IMG/VR virus record: IMGVR_UViG_3300037470_000672
Span: 64,001 to 128,000 of that record
Direction: 5' to 3' (one strand)
DNA length: 64,000 bases
Origin: a virus
Shown here: positions 35,564 to 45,732 of the stretch, piece after piece
Numbering within the stretch: the first letter of the stretch is position 1
How the letters are laid out: every line of letters begins with the position of its first letter
Translations under genes and position numbers: made by a program
The notes under the pieces: generated by a model
Told to the model about the DNA's origin: nothing
What the model saw: the letters and a program-made list of their open reading frames with translations, nothing else
Database searches by the model: none

Positions 35564-36457
35564 CTACCAAGAGGTCCCGTTGTTCAAAGACCGCGTAGCG
35601 CTGTCGTACCCGTCTTGTATAGCGCCCTGGATCGCCTCCGAAGAAGCGAAGAAGTCACCTCCCTCCAAATCCGTCTTGAGCGCCAGCCGTAGAAGCTCTA
35701 CCCCCTCCTCTTCAGCGTCTTCTATGGAGCGGCGCATATTACCGTCAATCGTACCGAGGACGTTGCGCAAGAGCAGATCGATGTTGTCTTTCACCGGTAC
35801 CAGCTCTGCGCCCTCGATAGGGGCAGCCAAAGCTACGAGGCTAATCTCCCCGAAGTAGAGAGCTACGACCCTCTTCTGGTCCTTGGGGATGCTGAGGTTC
35901 GCCAACCACCCGCCGTCCTGAAGCATGGCCTTGCCCCACATCGTCGGATCGAAGATGGGTGCCGGAAGAGTCATCGAAGCGAGGACAGCAAGAGGTAGGT
36001 CGATATCGGAAGCCGTGAACAGCACCGGATGCGTTGTCTGAAGATTCACCTGCGTCGCCGTGATGCGAAGAGGGAGCTGGGCATCGCCTATGGTGGGGGG
36101 CATCAGCTCGCGAAACAACTTGAGCATCTTGGTGGTCTTGAAGACTCCCTTCGGTCCGCGACGAAAGACCTTGGTGAGCGTCCACTCCCAAAATTGCCAA
36201 CGAACCGTGAGATAGCTGAGGAGACGAAACTTCCCGGCAAGCCGAATCAGCTCATTCACGGATTCCGTCGGCTTGGTCGGGTCCCACACCTTTCCCAGCA
36301 TGGCGGCGACCACAGCACCCCCAGACGTCCCTGTAGCACCAGTGAAACGGTACCCGTGCTCTACCAGGGCCTTGAGAGCGCCCAGGAATGCGTAAAGCTT
36401 CATCCCACTACCTGAGAGAACCAGCCAAACCTGCTTCTCGTTCGGGACAGGGATCAT
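35564..36457 (-). CDS. Patatin-like phospholipase
   Basis: LSGSGMK glycine loop, GTSGG nucleophile, ASMTLP..F.P, DGG catalytic Asp. Confidence 0.9.
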   Translation of the reverse strand: MIPVPNEKQVWLVLSGSGMKLYAFLGALKALVEHGYRFTGATGTSGGAVVAAMLGKVWDPTKPTESVNELIRLAGKFRLLSYLTVRWQFWEWTLTKVFRRGPKGVFKTTKMLKLFRELMPPTIGDAQLPLRITATQVNLQTTHPVLFTASDIDLPLAVLASMTLPAPIFDPTMWGKAMLQDGGWLANLSIPKDQKRVVALYFGEISLVALAAPIEGAELVPVKDNIDLLLRNVLGTIDGNMRRSIEDAEEEGVELLRLALKTDLEGGDFFASSEAIQGAIQDGYDSATRSLNNGTSW

Positions 36458-38616
36458 GAGGCTTCCTCATCCAAGACCGTCGAAAGCGTGACCGTCCCCT
36501 TGGTGATGACCTCCGTATCCTCCACAAGGAGGTTTCCCAAGGTGTCCAGCTTGTCGGTCACGAGGTTGTCGTCGCGATCTAGAGACCCATTGACGGTAGC
36601 GTCGATGAAGCTGACTCCCTCAACAAGGGTCGCGACGTCTATGATGTTCGAGCGGAAAAGAGACCTCCCGAACCGGCGATCTCGGAGAAGATTGTCAACT
36701 GCGGTCGCGACCGCAGCGAGGACCGTGCTCTCGGCGTTTCCAGGAATCACGCCGATACGAACGGTAACAACAGCGCGAATGAGGAAGTCCTCACCAGAGA
36801 CTACCTCAACCGTCTGGGTAACCTCCTTGCGCGCTTCGAGAAACTGCTCCAGCGCGTTGATGAGCCCCAGGCTGGGCGCGGCGAAGAACCCGGAGGCGTC
36901 ACGCGCGAGGATGGGCACGATGACCACATTGGACTTGCAGTCGTCGGACAAAATCTTGTCGAAGTGCTCGTTGATGACGGTGGTCTGGTTGGACACCTCG
37001 GTCCGGGTGTCCTGGATAGTCGCTTCGATGCTGTCTACGGACGCTCGGGTGGTGAGTACCTCGGCCGAGATGCTCTGGGTCTGTGCCTGAATTTGCCCCA
37101 ACTCCTCTTCCGTATCCGTAAGGCCGATGTCGGCCAGAGCGTCGCGGGCGCTCCCCATACCTGTGATCTGAGACTCCACGCTCCCCTTCAACGATGACGC
37201 AGCGCCCGAAATAGACCCGTTCTCTGTGTTGATCCGATCAAAGAACGTCTTGATGGAGTCCTTGTCGGCGGTTGTAAGCGTTGAGCTTCCCCCTGTGGTG
37301 ATACCGTCCACGAACGCTTTACCGTCCGTGACCTTGGTCGAGATGCCACCTGTGTCAGCGCCGATCTCATCTGCTCGGTTCTTGGCATCCCGCGCCGCGT
37401 CGATAGCGGTCACCAGGTCAGCGTCCGCAGCAGCGGTCAGAGCCGCGATGTCTGTCCTGTTCTGGTCGATCTCGGCGACGGCCGCGTCGATCGCGTCCAT
37501 GTCCGCTTCGATGGCAGGAGCTTCTGTGTCCACTACAGCTAGGGGCTGGATGGATGCGCCTTCAATGGCGATGGTGGCGCTCTGCACCACCAGATCCGCA
37601 GCCGCCGAACGCGCAGTAAACGCATGAGCCACCGCTACCCGACCAAAGAGCGGGTCTGAGAAGGCGTTGGCAAGGCTCTCGTAGTCCTCGCGGGTGACAG
37701 CCGCGCCTCGGGTCTTGAAGACCTTGGGGCCGTTGATTTTGGCTGAAGAAATCGTCTCAGGATCGTCCCCCGCTACCGAACCCAATGGGTTGTCGATAAC
37801 CAGCCCTATCTCCTGAAACGCTACTACCAAGGGAGTCACCACCCCCTGGATAGTGTTCTGGTTGACCAACCCAGCCTTACCACGAGAAGCCACGTAGGTG
37901 ACGTTGATGGTCGCGCCGGTCGTGGGAACGTTACCCGCTACACCGTCCCCAAAGGTGATCGTTGGGGGCTCGCCGTTGAAGTTGATCTCGTATTGGTCGG
38001 TCTCATCGAAGGCTATGAATTCCGCCTCCTCCCACTCAGCCCCGTCAACCGTGACCGTCGCTGAGCCTTGGACGATGAACTTGTCGTCCGGTACTCTGGC
38101 TAGCTCGAACTCTTGGAGCGCCGTGCCGTCCGAGACGAAGGTCTCGGTGATGGTCTCGCCCTCGAAGCACGGCACAATCTGAAAGTCACTAGGCCCGTCT
38201 CCCGGAGCGAACGTGACCGATTCAGCCGCCTCGAAAATTAGACCGTTCGGGCCGGCGAACTGAAAACCGGACGGAACAGGAACAGCAAAACCCTTCACCT
38301 CCGCAAGGGAGACCTGGAGGTCCACTGAGCTTGCGACTGCGGCCCCCATCTTGTACCCGATCTGTCGGGTGAGCTTAGAAACGCTCTTCCGCGTCCTGGC
38401 TGTGACCAAGTAGCTATCACTGGCGCGTCGATCGAGGAAAAAGCTGAATCCGTCAAGCCCGAACGAGACCATATCCATCAGCAAAATGCCGAGAGAACTG
38501 ACCGCGAAATCGTTGAAATCAGCGGCAAACTGTATTTGCAATCTCGCCCGAAGGTCGTCCTCTATTGTATCGAAATCCAGACCAGTGTACCTGGCTCTGT
38601 TGATCTCTCGACCCAT
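36454..38616 (-). CDS. Baseplate J / gp6-like wedge protein with helical insertion
   Basis: FGDGVAG.VP..G..I...Y....G..G, RAVTREDYE-like AAVTREDYE motif. Confidence 0.85.
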   Translation of the reverse strand: MGREINRARYTGLDFDTIEDDLRARLQIQFAADFNDFAVSSLGILLMDMVSFGLDGFSFFLDRRASDSYLVTARTRKSVSKLTRQIGYKMGAAVASSVDLQVSLAEVKGFAVPVPSGFQFAGPNGLIFEAAESVTFAPGDGPSDFQIVPCFEGETITETFVSDGTALQEFELARVPDDKFIVQGSATVTVDGAEWEEAEFIAFDETDQYEINFNGEPPTITFGDGVAGNVPTTGATINVTYVASRGKAGLVNQNTIQGVVTPLVVAFQEIGLVIDNPLGSVAGDDPETISSAKINGPKVFKTRGAAVTREDYESLANAFSDPLFGRVAVAHAFTARSAAADLVVQSATIAIEGASIQPLAVVDTEAPAIEADMDAIDAAVAEIDQNRTDIAALTAAADADLVTAIDAARDAKNRADEIGADTGGISTKVTDGKAFVDGITTGGSSTLTTADKDSIKTFFDRINTENGSISGAASSLKGSVESQITGMGSARDALADIGLTDTEEELGQIQAQTQSISAEVLTTRASVDSIEATIQDTRTEVSNQTTVINEHFDKILSDDCKSNVVIVPILARDASGFFAAPSLGLINALEQFLEARKEVTQTVEVVSGEDFLIRAVVTVRIGVIPGNAESTVLAAVATAVDNLLRDRRFGRSLFRSNIIDVATLVEGVSFIDATVNGSLDRDDNLVTDKLDTLGNLLVEDTEVITKGTVTLSTVLDEEAS

Positions 38617-38999
38617 CAGATAGCTCCGTTGGTCGGGATCATCGTAGTGATCGTGTCTTGCCGGCCGCTCGACGCTACCACGTAGAGCACGTCCACCTGA
38701 ACTTCCTGAGAGTCGCGAAGGTTCAGGACGTTGACGTCCTGAATGATAGCGCGGGGCTCGTGCTTGCCGATAACGGCGATGACCTCGGAGCGAATCATCT
38801 CTGCTAACACGTCATCGTTGTTCTCGAAAACAAACGAAAAGACGTTCGAGCCCACGCCCGGGCGCATAACGCGCTCGCCTTTGGCCACAAGCATGAGCTG
38901 GATGATGCTCTGGCGGACCAATTCGTCGTCCGTGACGGGCGCCGGAAACTCCGTCTGGCTCTTCTTGAACGGGAAGTTGAGGCCACGAAACAGCACCAT
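38616..38999 (-). CDS. gp25: Baseplate wedge gp25/gpW-like
   Basis: VRQSIIQLMLVAKGERVMRPGVGS...HEPRA. Confidence 0.9.
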   Translation of the reverse strand: MVLFRGLNFPFKKSQTEFPAPVTDDELVRQSIIQLMLVAKGERVMRPGVGSNVFSFVFENNDDVLAEMIRSEVIAVIGKHEPRAIIQDVNVLNLRDSQEVQVDVLYVVASSGRQDTITTMIPTNGAI

Positions 39000-39008
39000 G
39001 GTCGGAGC

Positions 39009-39899
39009 CTACTCCAAAAAGACCTTGCGCGAGGCTACGGTCCCTTCAGTGGTGGGTATGGGCGGCCCTGTAACCCCCGCCGCGGTACCAGCGGAAGGCG
39101 TGCCGGGTGGAGACGTAACGGGGACGGCCACGACAAGTCCGGGTACCTGGTGAGAGTGTGCGGCGAACATCGGGAGCCAATCAGCGAACTTCATCGCGGG
39201 GCTGGTCGCCCCCTCGCCCAGCTTGACAGCAGCTTTAGAGTCGATCACGACCGAGCCCGCTTGCATGGTGACCTTGTTTCCTGCTGCGTCCTCCGCTCGG
39301 ATGCCTGTATTGTCGAAAGTGAGCTTGTTCCCCGATCCGTTCTCCACCACCAAAGACCCGTCCGCGTTGCCCGTGACCTTAGCGCCGTTGGGGTTGGTAA
39401 TCTCAAACGTGTCGTCCGGGAACAGCTTGAAGGACGCGCCATCTTCCTGTCGGATGAGGTGGATGAATTCCTCTCCGGGCTCATCGGAGAAGGCAAGAAC
39501 ATGCCCGCCGGGGGTCTTGAAACCGCGCACCGTTGGAAGGTCTTGAGCGCGATGTCCTAGCTCGCTGGGAACCTCGTCCTCGCCGTACCACCCGCCCCAA
39601 TAGATGACGGGCTTGGAGGGGCGGCCTGCTTCAAAGGCCACCCGGACAGAATCCCCTACCTCCGGCGGCCAGAACATGCCGTGACCGGTCCCTGCGTTCG
39701 GGAAGGAGGGGTCGACCCACACGTTGGGAGGATCGCTCTGCTTGTGCCCCACTTCTGGGGATACGATCTGGATGCGCCCCCGCTGCTCGGGGTCGTCGTT
39801 TCGGGTCACGAGCGCGCGGTACACGCCGGGGTAGACCCGGAAATACTCCAGGCCGAACTGAGAGAGCTTCTCTAGGAAGACGCGAAAGCCCTCGCTCAT
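39009..39899 (-). CDS. Baseplate spike (gp5/gpV-like OB fold plus beta-helix)
   Basis: DDPEQRGRIQ, PPEVGDSVRVAFEAG, KTPGGH, C-terminal HSH metal-binding motif. Confidence 0.85.
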   Translation of the reverse strand: MSEGFRVFLEKLSQFGLEYFRVYPGVYRALVTRNDDPEQRGRIQIVSPEVGHKQSDPPNVWVDPSFPNAGTGHGMFWPPEVGDSVRVAFEAGRPSKPVIYWGGWYGEDEVPSELGHRAQDLPTVRGFKTPGGHVLAFSDEPGEEFIHLIRQEDGASFKLFPDDTFEITNPNGAKVTGNADGSLVVENGSGNKLTFDNTGIRAEDAAGNKVTMQAGSVVIDSKAAVKLGEGATSPAMKFADWLPMFAAHSHQVPGLVVAVPVTSPPGTPSAGTAAGVTGPPIPTTEGTVASRKVFLE

Positions 39900-41335
39900 G
39901 CGAATCCCTGGTCTACCGGGACCCCTAGATCCCGAGCAGAGCGGTCCGACTGTTCAGCCGGCACACCCGCGTTCTTTGGGCCTTGCGCAGGAACCCCGGC
40001 AAGGATGGCTCCGCTGTTGCTCACCCCTTCCCACTCGGTTTCGTAACCACCGCCCGCCCCGAAAGAATGAGTCACCTTGTGGACCATGTAGCGGCCGTTC
40101 TTGTCCTCTGAGATGCGGTCACCGAGTCCGCGGACCATGACCATCTCCCCGGGGACCAGCTCTGGTACGCCCGGCGCGCGTATGATCATCTTTACACCCA
40201 TGTTCGATGTCAGGTTCGAAAACTCCGCCTTGGCGGCCTCCTCGACACGCGGGTCATCTGGAGCGCCGAAATGCTGCGTCGCGCCGTCCTGGCTGTCGTT
40301 CGTACCTGGGAAGTCCTCAGATTCACCTGGCGCGGCTGCACCGTCGTTTGCTCGGGCGGGTAGCGCTTCGGCGTCGCCTACGACTTTAGACGTCACCTCA
40401 CGTGTCTTGGAGTCGACCCCCTGGATAACGAAGCCTCGTAGGGCTCCTGGCATGTAGACAGCCGTGGTCGGGCTGGAGGCGGTGATGATGGGCCATATCC
40501 CGGACGCTGGACCGATGCGGCCTTGGAACCGCCCGGGGTAAAGCTGGAAGGTCTTGGTGGGCTCGGCCTGAAAGCGAGCACTTTTGGGCATGACCTTGAG
40601 CGTAGGGACGGTCACTTCCCCTTGCGCTGTGCGTCGCCTAACGTCTGTTTGAGTCATAAAACACTGGCTCTCATTCACCAAGTTGTAGATAAGCTGGTAG
40701 TCCGTCAAGCTGCCTTGGCTTATCGTCACACTGGTATCGAAAAGAAGACGTTGTTCCTCCGATCCTGGTGGAAGTGCCCGGACTTCACTAAAATCGACAT
40801 CCAAGTTGCGACGGTTTGCTGGGTCAGACCCCTCCGCTAAAAAAGAGATGATGTTGGCACGCGGCTGGTCGTTGAACTGCTGGCGGCCCTCCTGCCTTGT
40901 AGCGCTGAACCCTCCCACTCCCTGAGCGTTGAGCACAATCTGGATGTCCTGCCCGATAGTCACATCGGGTTTGAGCAGCAGCCCTGTGAAGACAGGGGTC
41001 ATAATGCCGGACGGGATCGCGCCTGCGGCGTACCCCATCTGGACTTCGAGCCGAGAAACGCCCCATTCGATCAGTTCGGAGTTGAGGAACTTGATACCCT
41101 CCGTGTACGGAGGGGTGAGCGTGGCGCGGATGACAGGCAGGTAGGCGAGCTGAAGGGTGACGTCGAGCTGTTGAAGCCATGGAAGAGACTCAAGTCCCGA
41201 CGCCAGCACGGTGGCTGGGCTTCCTTGGAGTTGCCCACCTGGTCCGTTGTTCGACCATAGTGGGACCCGATCGCCATCGGCAGTGATGATGGCCGCTGCC
41301 ATGAACGGCGAATGGAAGTCGTACGAGATCGTCAC
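39896..41335 (-). CDS. Baseplate hub (gp27/gpD-like; start revised to GTG 41335)
   Basis: GVPELVPGEMV.V.GLG....G.YMVHKVTHSF; GTGA overlap with LysM stop. Confidence 0.75.
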   Translation of the reverse strand: MTISYDFHSPFMAAAIITADGDRVPLWSNNGPGGQLQGSPATVLASGLESLPWLQQLDVTLQLAYLPVIRATLTPPYTEGIKFLNSELIEWGVSRLEVQMGYAAGAIPSGIMTPVFTGLLLKPDVTIGQDIQIVLNAQGVGGFSATRQEGRQQFNDQPRANIISFLAEGSDPANRRNLDVDFSEVRALPPGSEEQRLLFDTSVTISQGSLTDYQLIYNLVNESQCFMTQTDVRRRTAQGEVTVPTLKVMPKSARFQAEPTKTFQLYPGRFQGRIGPASGIWPIITASSPTTAVYMPGALRGFVIQGVDSKTREVTSKVVGDAEALPARANDGAAAPGESEDFPGTNDSQDGATQHFGAPDDPRVEEAAKAEFSNLTSNMGVKMIIRAPGVPELVPGEMVMVRGLGDRISEDKNGRYMVHKVTHSFGAGGGYETEWEGVSNSGAILAGVPAQGPKNAGVPAEQSDRSARDLGVPVDQGFA

Positions 41336-41646
41336 CGAGGCGCCCCCTTGAAGAGGCGCTGCGTCACAAAGATGGGGGAGGGGATGCGCAAAGTGGCGCC
41401 GATGTGGAAGCCGAACGGCGGCAGCTCGATGTTGTTGGCCGCTGCGATAACCCACCAGAGCACAGGGTCGCCGTAGAAGCGCTGGGCCAGCAGGTCGAAG
41501 CGCTCGCCGTCTTTCACCCGGTAGGTGATGTCATCGGGCTGCTCAGGGATCTCAGGAAGGTCGAGCACGTCAAAGAACTCCGTCCCGTCCACCAACACGA
41601 AGTCAGCGAAGCGTAGGCGGCTGTTCTGGACGACCTTCCGGGCCAC
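41332..41646 (-). CDS. LysM / tail X-like baseplate protein
   Basis: YRVKDGERFDLLAQRFYGDPVLWWVIAAAN...GATLRIP. Confidence 0.9.
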   Translation of the reverse strand: MARKVVQNSRLRFADFVLVDGTEFFDVLDLPEIPEQPDDITYRVKDGERFDLLAQRFYGDPVLWWVIAAANNIELPPFGFHIGATLRIPSPIFVTQRLFKGAPR

Positions 41647-41662
41647 AGGCTCCTCTCAGACC

Positions 41663-44600
41663 TCAAAACAAGTCAGTCGTGGGTACACCGTTGGCCGCTG
41701 TGGCCAGCCTCTGCTCGTAGCCTAGGCTCTGAAGCGCTGTGGACGCCGCTCTCTGAAGCGCACCGCGACGGCCTACCTGAGCACCGGTTCGAGCACGATT
41801 CTCCGCCGCCTGCATAGCTCCCTGGAACATCGGCTTGAAGTCCTCGTAGTACCACCTGGGGGTGTGCACAGCTTCGATGAGGAGAGATAGCTCCGCTCGA
41901 CCGATAGCCGGTGCCATCTGGGCAGGGGAAGTCTCGGCGCGGCCTGGGGTGCGAAGCCCTCCGCCGGCTGTGGGGGTCATGTCGGCGATGCGCGCCATGT
42001 CCTGCGCCATCTTGTCGGTCGAAGAGCTGAAGAAGCCCTCGGCAGATTTCATGGTGGCGCGGACGTCGTCGTCGATGGAGTTACCGAATAGGGAGTCTGC
42101 GAGAGACTTGATCTTTTCAAAGAACTCCAGGGGGTTCTTGAAGGCGTCCGCGATGGCTGAGCCGACCTTCTTGAAAGCGTCGATGACTTTAGTACCGATA
42201 CCCAGCACAAAGTCGAAGAAAGCGGTTATGGGGGCGGTAACAAAGTCGTACCAGAGACCCCCGAGCCCTTTTATCGCCGCCCAAAGACCTCCCAGTATGA
42301 ACCCCGCAAGCTGCTTTAGCCCGTCCCATATGAACATTACAAAATCGCCGATAAAGCTGAAGATTCCTCCACTCTCGTTGACGGCAGTCATCAGCATGCC
42401 CCAACCCTTAAGCCCTTCTTCTATGGCGAAACCGATGATGTCGAAAACAGTGCCTACTGCATCACGAAGCGATTGAAACACTTTCATGATCGTCTCGGCG
42501 TGCTCGGGGAACTTCTCAGCCAAAGACTGGCCTATACCTGTTATCATACCCAGGACGAACTCCTTGAGTATCCCCACCGCTTTCGCGAGCACTTCTCCGA
42601 GAATAGGAAACACCTTGGAGAGGGCGTCTCGGATCATTGGAGGAAGATCGAGGGTTAACCAAAGGAAAGCAGTACCTCCAGCCTTACCGAGAGTCTCGCC
42701 CAAACCAGCCCAGTCAATAGCGGCGCCCAGCGTATCAAGCCCTTCGCTTACCGAACTAGCGAGCTTGGTAAACACACCAGCCCAGTCAATCGAAGTACCC
42801 AGCTTGTCAAAACCTTCGCTAACTGCGCCCGCTAGCTTGGTGATAATACCCACCCAATCAATTTTCTCCAACGCGCTCAGGATCTCCTCTCCAAACTCAC
42901 CAGCCTTCCCCAAAAATTCTCCGATCTTCTCCGGTAGCTTCTCAAAGAAGCCTACGACTCCGTCAGCGATCGTCTGAAGGGCCTCCTCGGTGGTCTTGCC
43001 CTCTCCTCTGAGCTTTACGAACCAGCCTACGAGGGCGGCGATAGCTGTGAGGGGGATGGCGATGACGGCGGCCCAGGCGAGTACGGACGCACCTACCGCA
43101 CTGATTACGATGGCGATGGGCGCGAGGGCCTTCATCAGGTCACCAAGCCCTCCAACGAAAGGTCGGAGAGGTTCGGGGGCGAAGGCGATGGGGCCGAGCT
43201 GGTGGATCTCGGACATCTTCCGAACGATCGCCCCTAGCGGACCCTTCTCTTCGGCGATGCTCTGAAGGCCCTTCGAGAAGGTCTTGAACTGCTTCCTGGT
43301 GTCCCGAACGAACGTACGCGCGCTCTCGCGGCTGATCCCTCGGAAAGACGTCACCATTTGATCGTGCGCAAGCTCCATCTGGTCTGACAGCGTGCGGCCG
43401 GTCGAGAAGCCTTGGTCAGCCAGTGTTTTCAAGCTGGTCGTAGCGGTCTGTGTTCTCTTCATCATCGCGAACGTTTTCTCGTTCGCGGAAGTGAAGAAGG
43501 TCGTGAGCTGTGCCGCCATCTCCGGCCCCATGGCCTTTTCCAGACGGGCGCGGAGGAAGTCGAGCGCCTGGGGAGTGAATTTCCCCATGGCCTTCGACTG
43601 CTGAACCATGTCGAAGAGACCCTGGGTGAAGCCTGCTGGCCCCTGCTGCATCAACTCAAACGACTTGGCGATGTCGCCGGTGCCGATCCCTAGCTCCTGG
43701 GCAAGTGCGCCGATGTCGTCATCGGTGCCGGCCATCATGTTCTGAAGGTTCTTCTGGCCTTCCAGGATGGCATCGGTTAGTCGCCCTGCGCTTGCGCGTG
43801 CCTGATCGCTGTTCTGCCCCATCTGGAAGAAGCCGGTGGAGAGAGCAGCCTGTTGTTTGGCAAAGTCAGCAAGCTGAGCCGGGTCCAGCTCTTCCCCCAT
43901 GAGTGCTGCCTTCTGACGCAATCTCTCCATGGTCTGGGGCAGCTCGTTGAGGGCTCCTCCTACGTCCCCTGTGGCTCGCCCCATGTCGAGCATGGACTTG
44001 AAGACGGAATCGATCTGCTTGGTAGAGAGCTTAAATTCCTTCCGCATCTGAAGCGAGCTGTTGCGAAAGACGTTTGCGCTGACGCCGGTCACCTCTGAGA
44101 GCTTGGCCAAGTCGCTGGCGTTCTTCAGACCCGTAGCACTGAGCGCTTCTTGTGCCTCCGTCCACCCACGGACAGCCATGGCAGCACTGTCGGCGGAGAT
44201 GTTAAGACCGACAGCTATGCTGGTCGCTTGGCGCCGGAACTTGGTGAGCTTCTCTCCGAGAAAGCCCATGTTCGCACCGGTCGCCTTGGTGACCTTGTCG
44301 TGCGCGACGAGTTGGGCTTCGTAGGAGGTTGTCAGGTTTTGGTTGGTGCCGGCTAACTGCTCCAGGTTCTTGTCGACGTCTCGTAGCTGATTGAGCTGGA
44401 ATGCGGCTGCGATGTTGCTGATCTTGAGCTGCCGTATTCCTTCCTTCACCTTGTCCAACGCCTGGGATATCGCATCGAACCCGGACCCCACCCGGCGCTC
44501 ATCCTGCACAACCTTGTTGGTCACTTGCTTGAACTGATCCGAGAACCCGCGCAGCTCGGACACGATCGAAGCCAGGTTCGCTTCGACTCCGCCCAGGTTG

Positions 44601-44719
44601 ATGTGGTCGACAGAGCCCTCAATACCTTTGAAGCCCTCAGACACAGCCTGCTGCATCTTGCGCAGGCCGGCATCTTTGGCGCCAAAACTGAATCCCATGC
44701 CTAAAAAGTTGAGCGCCAT
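41663..44719 (-). CDS. Tail tape measure protein
   Basis: 1018 aa helical, Ala/Gly-rich, central hydrophobic stretch, IDW.G repeats; follows the chaperone. Confidence 0.8.
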   Translation of the reverse strand: MALNFLGMGFSFGAKDAGLRKMQQAVSEGFKGIEGSVDHINLGGVEANLASIVSELRGFSDQFKQVTNKVVQDERRVGSGFDAISQALDKVKEGIRQLKISNIAAAFQLNQLRDVDKNLEQLAGTNQNLTTSYEAQLVAHDKVTKATGANMGFLGEKLTKFRRQATSIAVGLNISADSAAMAVRGWTEAQEALSATGLKNASDLAKLSEVTGVSANVFRNSSLQMRKEFKLSTKQIDSVFKSMLDMGRATGDVGGALNELPQTMERLRQKAALMGEELDPAQLADFAKQQAALSTGFFQMGQNSDQARASAGRLTDAILEGQKNLQNMMAGTDDDIGALAQELGIGTGDIAKSFELMQQGPAGFTQGLFDMVQQSKAMGKFTPQALDFLRARLEKAMGPEMAAQLTTFFTSANEKTFAMMKRTQTATTSLKTLADQGFSTGRTLSDQMELAHDQMVTSFRGISRESARTFVRDTRKQFKTFSKGLQSIAEEKGPLGAIVRKMSEIHQLGPIAFAPEPLRPFVGGLGDLMKALAPIAIVISAVGASVLAWAAVIAIPLTAIAALVGWFVKLRGEGKTTEEALQTIADGVVGFFEKLPEKIGEFLGKAGEFGEEILSALEKIDWVGIITKLAGAVSEGFDKLGTSIDWAGVFTKLASSVSEGLDTLGAAIDWAGLGETLGKAGGTAFLWLTLDLPPMIRDALSKVFPILGEVLAKAVGILKEFVLGMITGIGQSLAEKFPEHAETIMKVFQSLRDAVGTVFDIIGFAIEEGLKGWGMLMTAVNESGGIFSFIGDFVMFIWDGLKQLAGFILGGLWAAIKGLGGLWYDFVTAPITAFFDFVLGIGTKVIDAFKKVGSAIADAFKNPLEFFEKIKSLADSLFGNSIDDDVRATMKSAEGFFSSSTDKMAQDMARIADMTPTAGGGLRTPGRAETSPAQMAPAIGRAELSLLIEAVHTPRWYYEDFKPMFQGAMQAAENRARTGAQVGRRGALQRAASTALQSLGYEQRLATAANGVPTTDLF

Positions 44720-44752
44720 TTACTGCATCTTTTCCAGGCTAGGATTAAGAGA

Positions 44753-44932
44753 CTACCGTGTCTTACTCTTGGCTCGCGCCTCTTTCAGCTCATCGCTGTG
44801 CTTCAAGGCAAAACGATACCGCCTCGACGTGGGCATGGCCATCACCGCCTCGTAGTGTTGCTCCATCGCTACCATCACGTAGCGGACCTCCGTCTCGAAC
44901 GCTTCGTGAGAACGGATGGGAAGAAAAAACCC
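44753..44932 (-). other. -1 frameshift site and extension ORF (G/GT-type)
   Basis: G GGT TTT / T TTT TTC in phase at 44923-44932; stem-loop 44889-44916 six nt downstream; -1 frame open to 44753. Confidence 0.65.
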
Positions 44933-45711
44933 TCCTGACCGGGATTCACCTCCACTTCTGACTCTTCCATGCACGAGGGGCACTCCACCTCGACGGTGGT
45001 GTTCACGCCGCCGTCGATCTGATCGAAGAACCCCCGAAGGAAGTCCCGATCGCGCATGGTCAGGGCTTGGATGTGACGGACGGTTGGTTCTTTGTCGTCC
45101 AACGAGGCGATGCGAACACGCATCATGCGTGAGAGACGGTCTTCGGCGTTTCGCTTGGCCTTTTGATCGATCTCGAACTCCAGGCGACCGGTCATGACCT
45201 TGATTACGGCTTTGATGCCGGATGGAAGCTGAACTTCCCACAATTCCCGTTTGAGTACGGCCTCGGGCTCATCGGGGTCGAAGCCGTCGGGAAGGGCGAT
45301 CTCCAGCTCGGACAGGTCTACTTCGAGGGTGTGCTTGGCCTTACACGTGGCGTCGGGGCACTTGAACTCGAAGGGGTACGTGTCCCCTAAGGAAACGCGA
45401 CGCAGGGCGAGCAGGATGAACGTCCTGTCCCCCGTGCGCATGTCGAGAACGAGCTTGCTGATCTTTTGCCGATCGGAGATGTGGCCGATCTTGAGTACAC
45501 AGTTGGTCAGCACATCGTTGAACTTGGTGACGATAGATCCGGTCTTGGAGAGGAGGATGTCCTCTTCGACGCCAGTGATCTCGCGAAGCTGGATCTGACG
45601 ATGCAACTCCCCCTCCGCATCGATGACCCCCATCGGCAGGTCGAAGAGACCCAACCCCGAATGCGGTTCCTCCATCTGTTGCTGAAGACGAGCCTCTTGG
45701 TGGGCGGTCAT
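44875..45711 (-). CDS. Tail assembly chaperone / T4 gp26-like hub assembly protein
   Basis: LREITGVEEDIL, CPDATC and CPSC Cys motifs; ends GFFFPS; precedes tape measure. Confidence 0.75.
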   Translation of the reverse strand: MTAHQEARLQQQMEEPHSGLGLFDLPMGVIDAEGELHRQIQLREITGVEEDILLSKTGSIVTKFNDVLTNCVLKIGHISDRQKISKLVLDMRTGDRTFILLALRRVSLGDTYPFEFKCPDATCKAKHTLEVDLSELEIALPDGFDPDEPEAVLKRELWEVQLPSGIKAVIKVMTGRLEFEIDQKAKRNAEDRLSRMMRVRIASLDDKEPTVRHIQALTMRDRDFLRGFFDQIDGGVNTTVEVECPSCMEESEVEVNPGQEGFFFPSVLTKRSRRRSAT

Positions 45712-45732
45712 AAAGTCTCCTTGAGAAGCGCA

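Noticed and set aside
40490-40500. 11-nt match to the mini-array spacer
   Set aside because: Too short; expected by chance
44725-44734. GAAAAGATGC upstream of the tape measure start, matching the repeat 5' part
   Set aside because: Only 10 nt and purine-rich like an RBS region; noted but insufficient to call a copy
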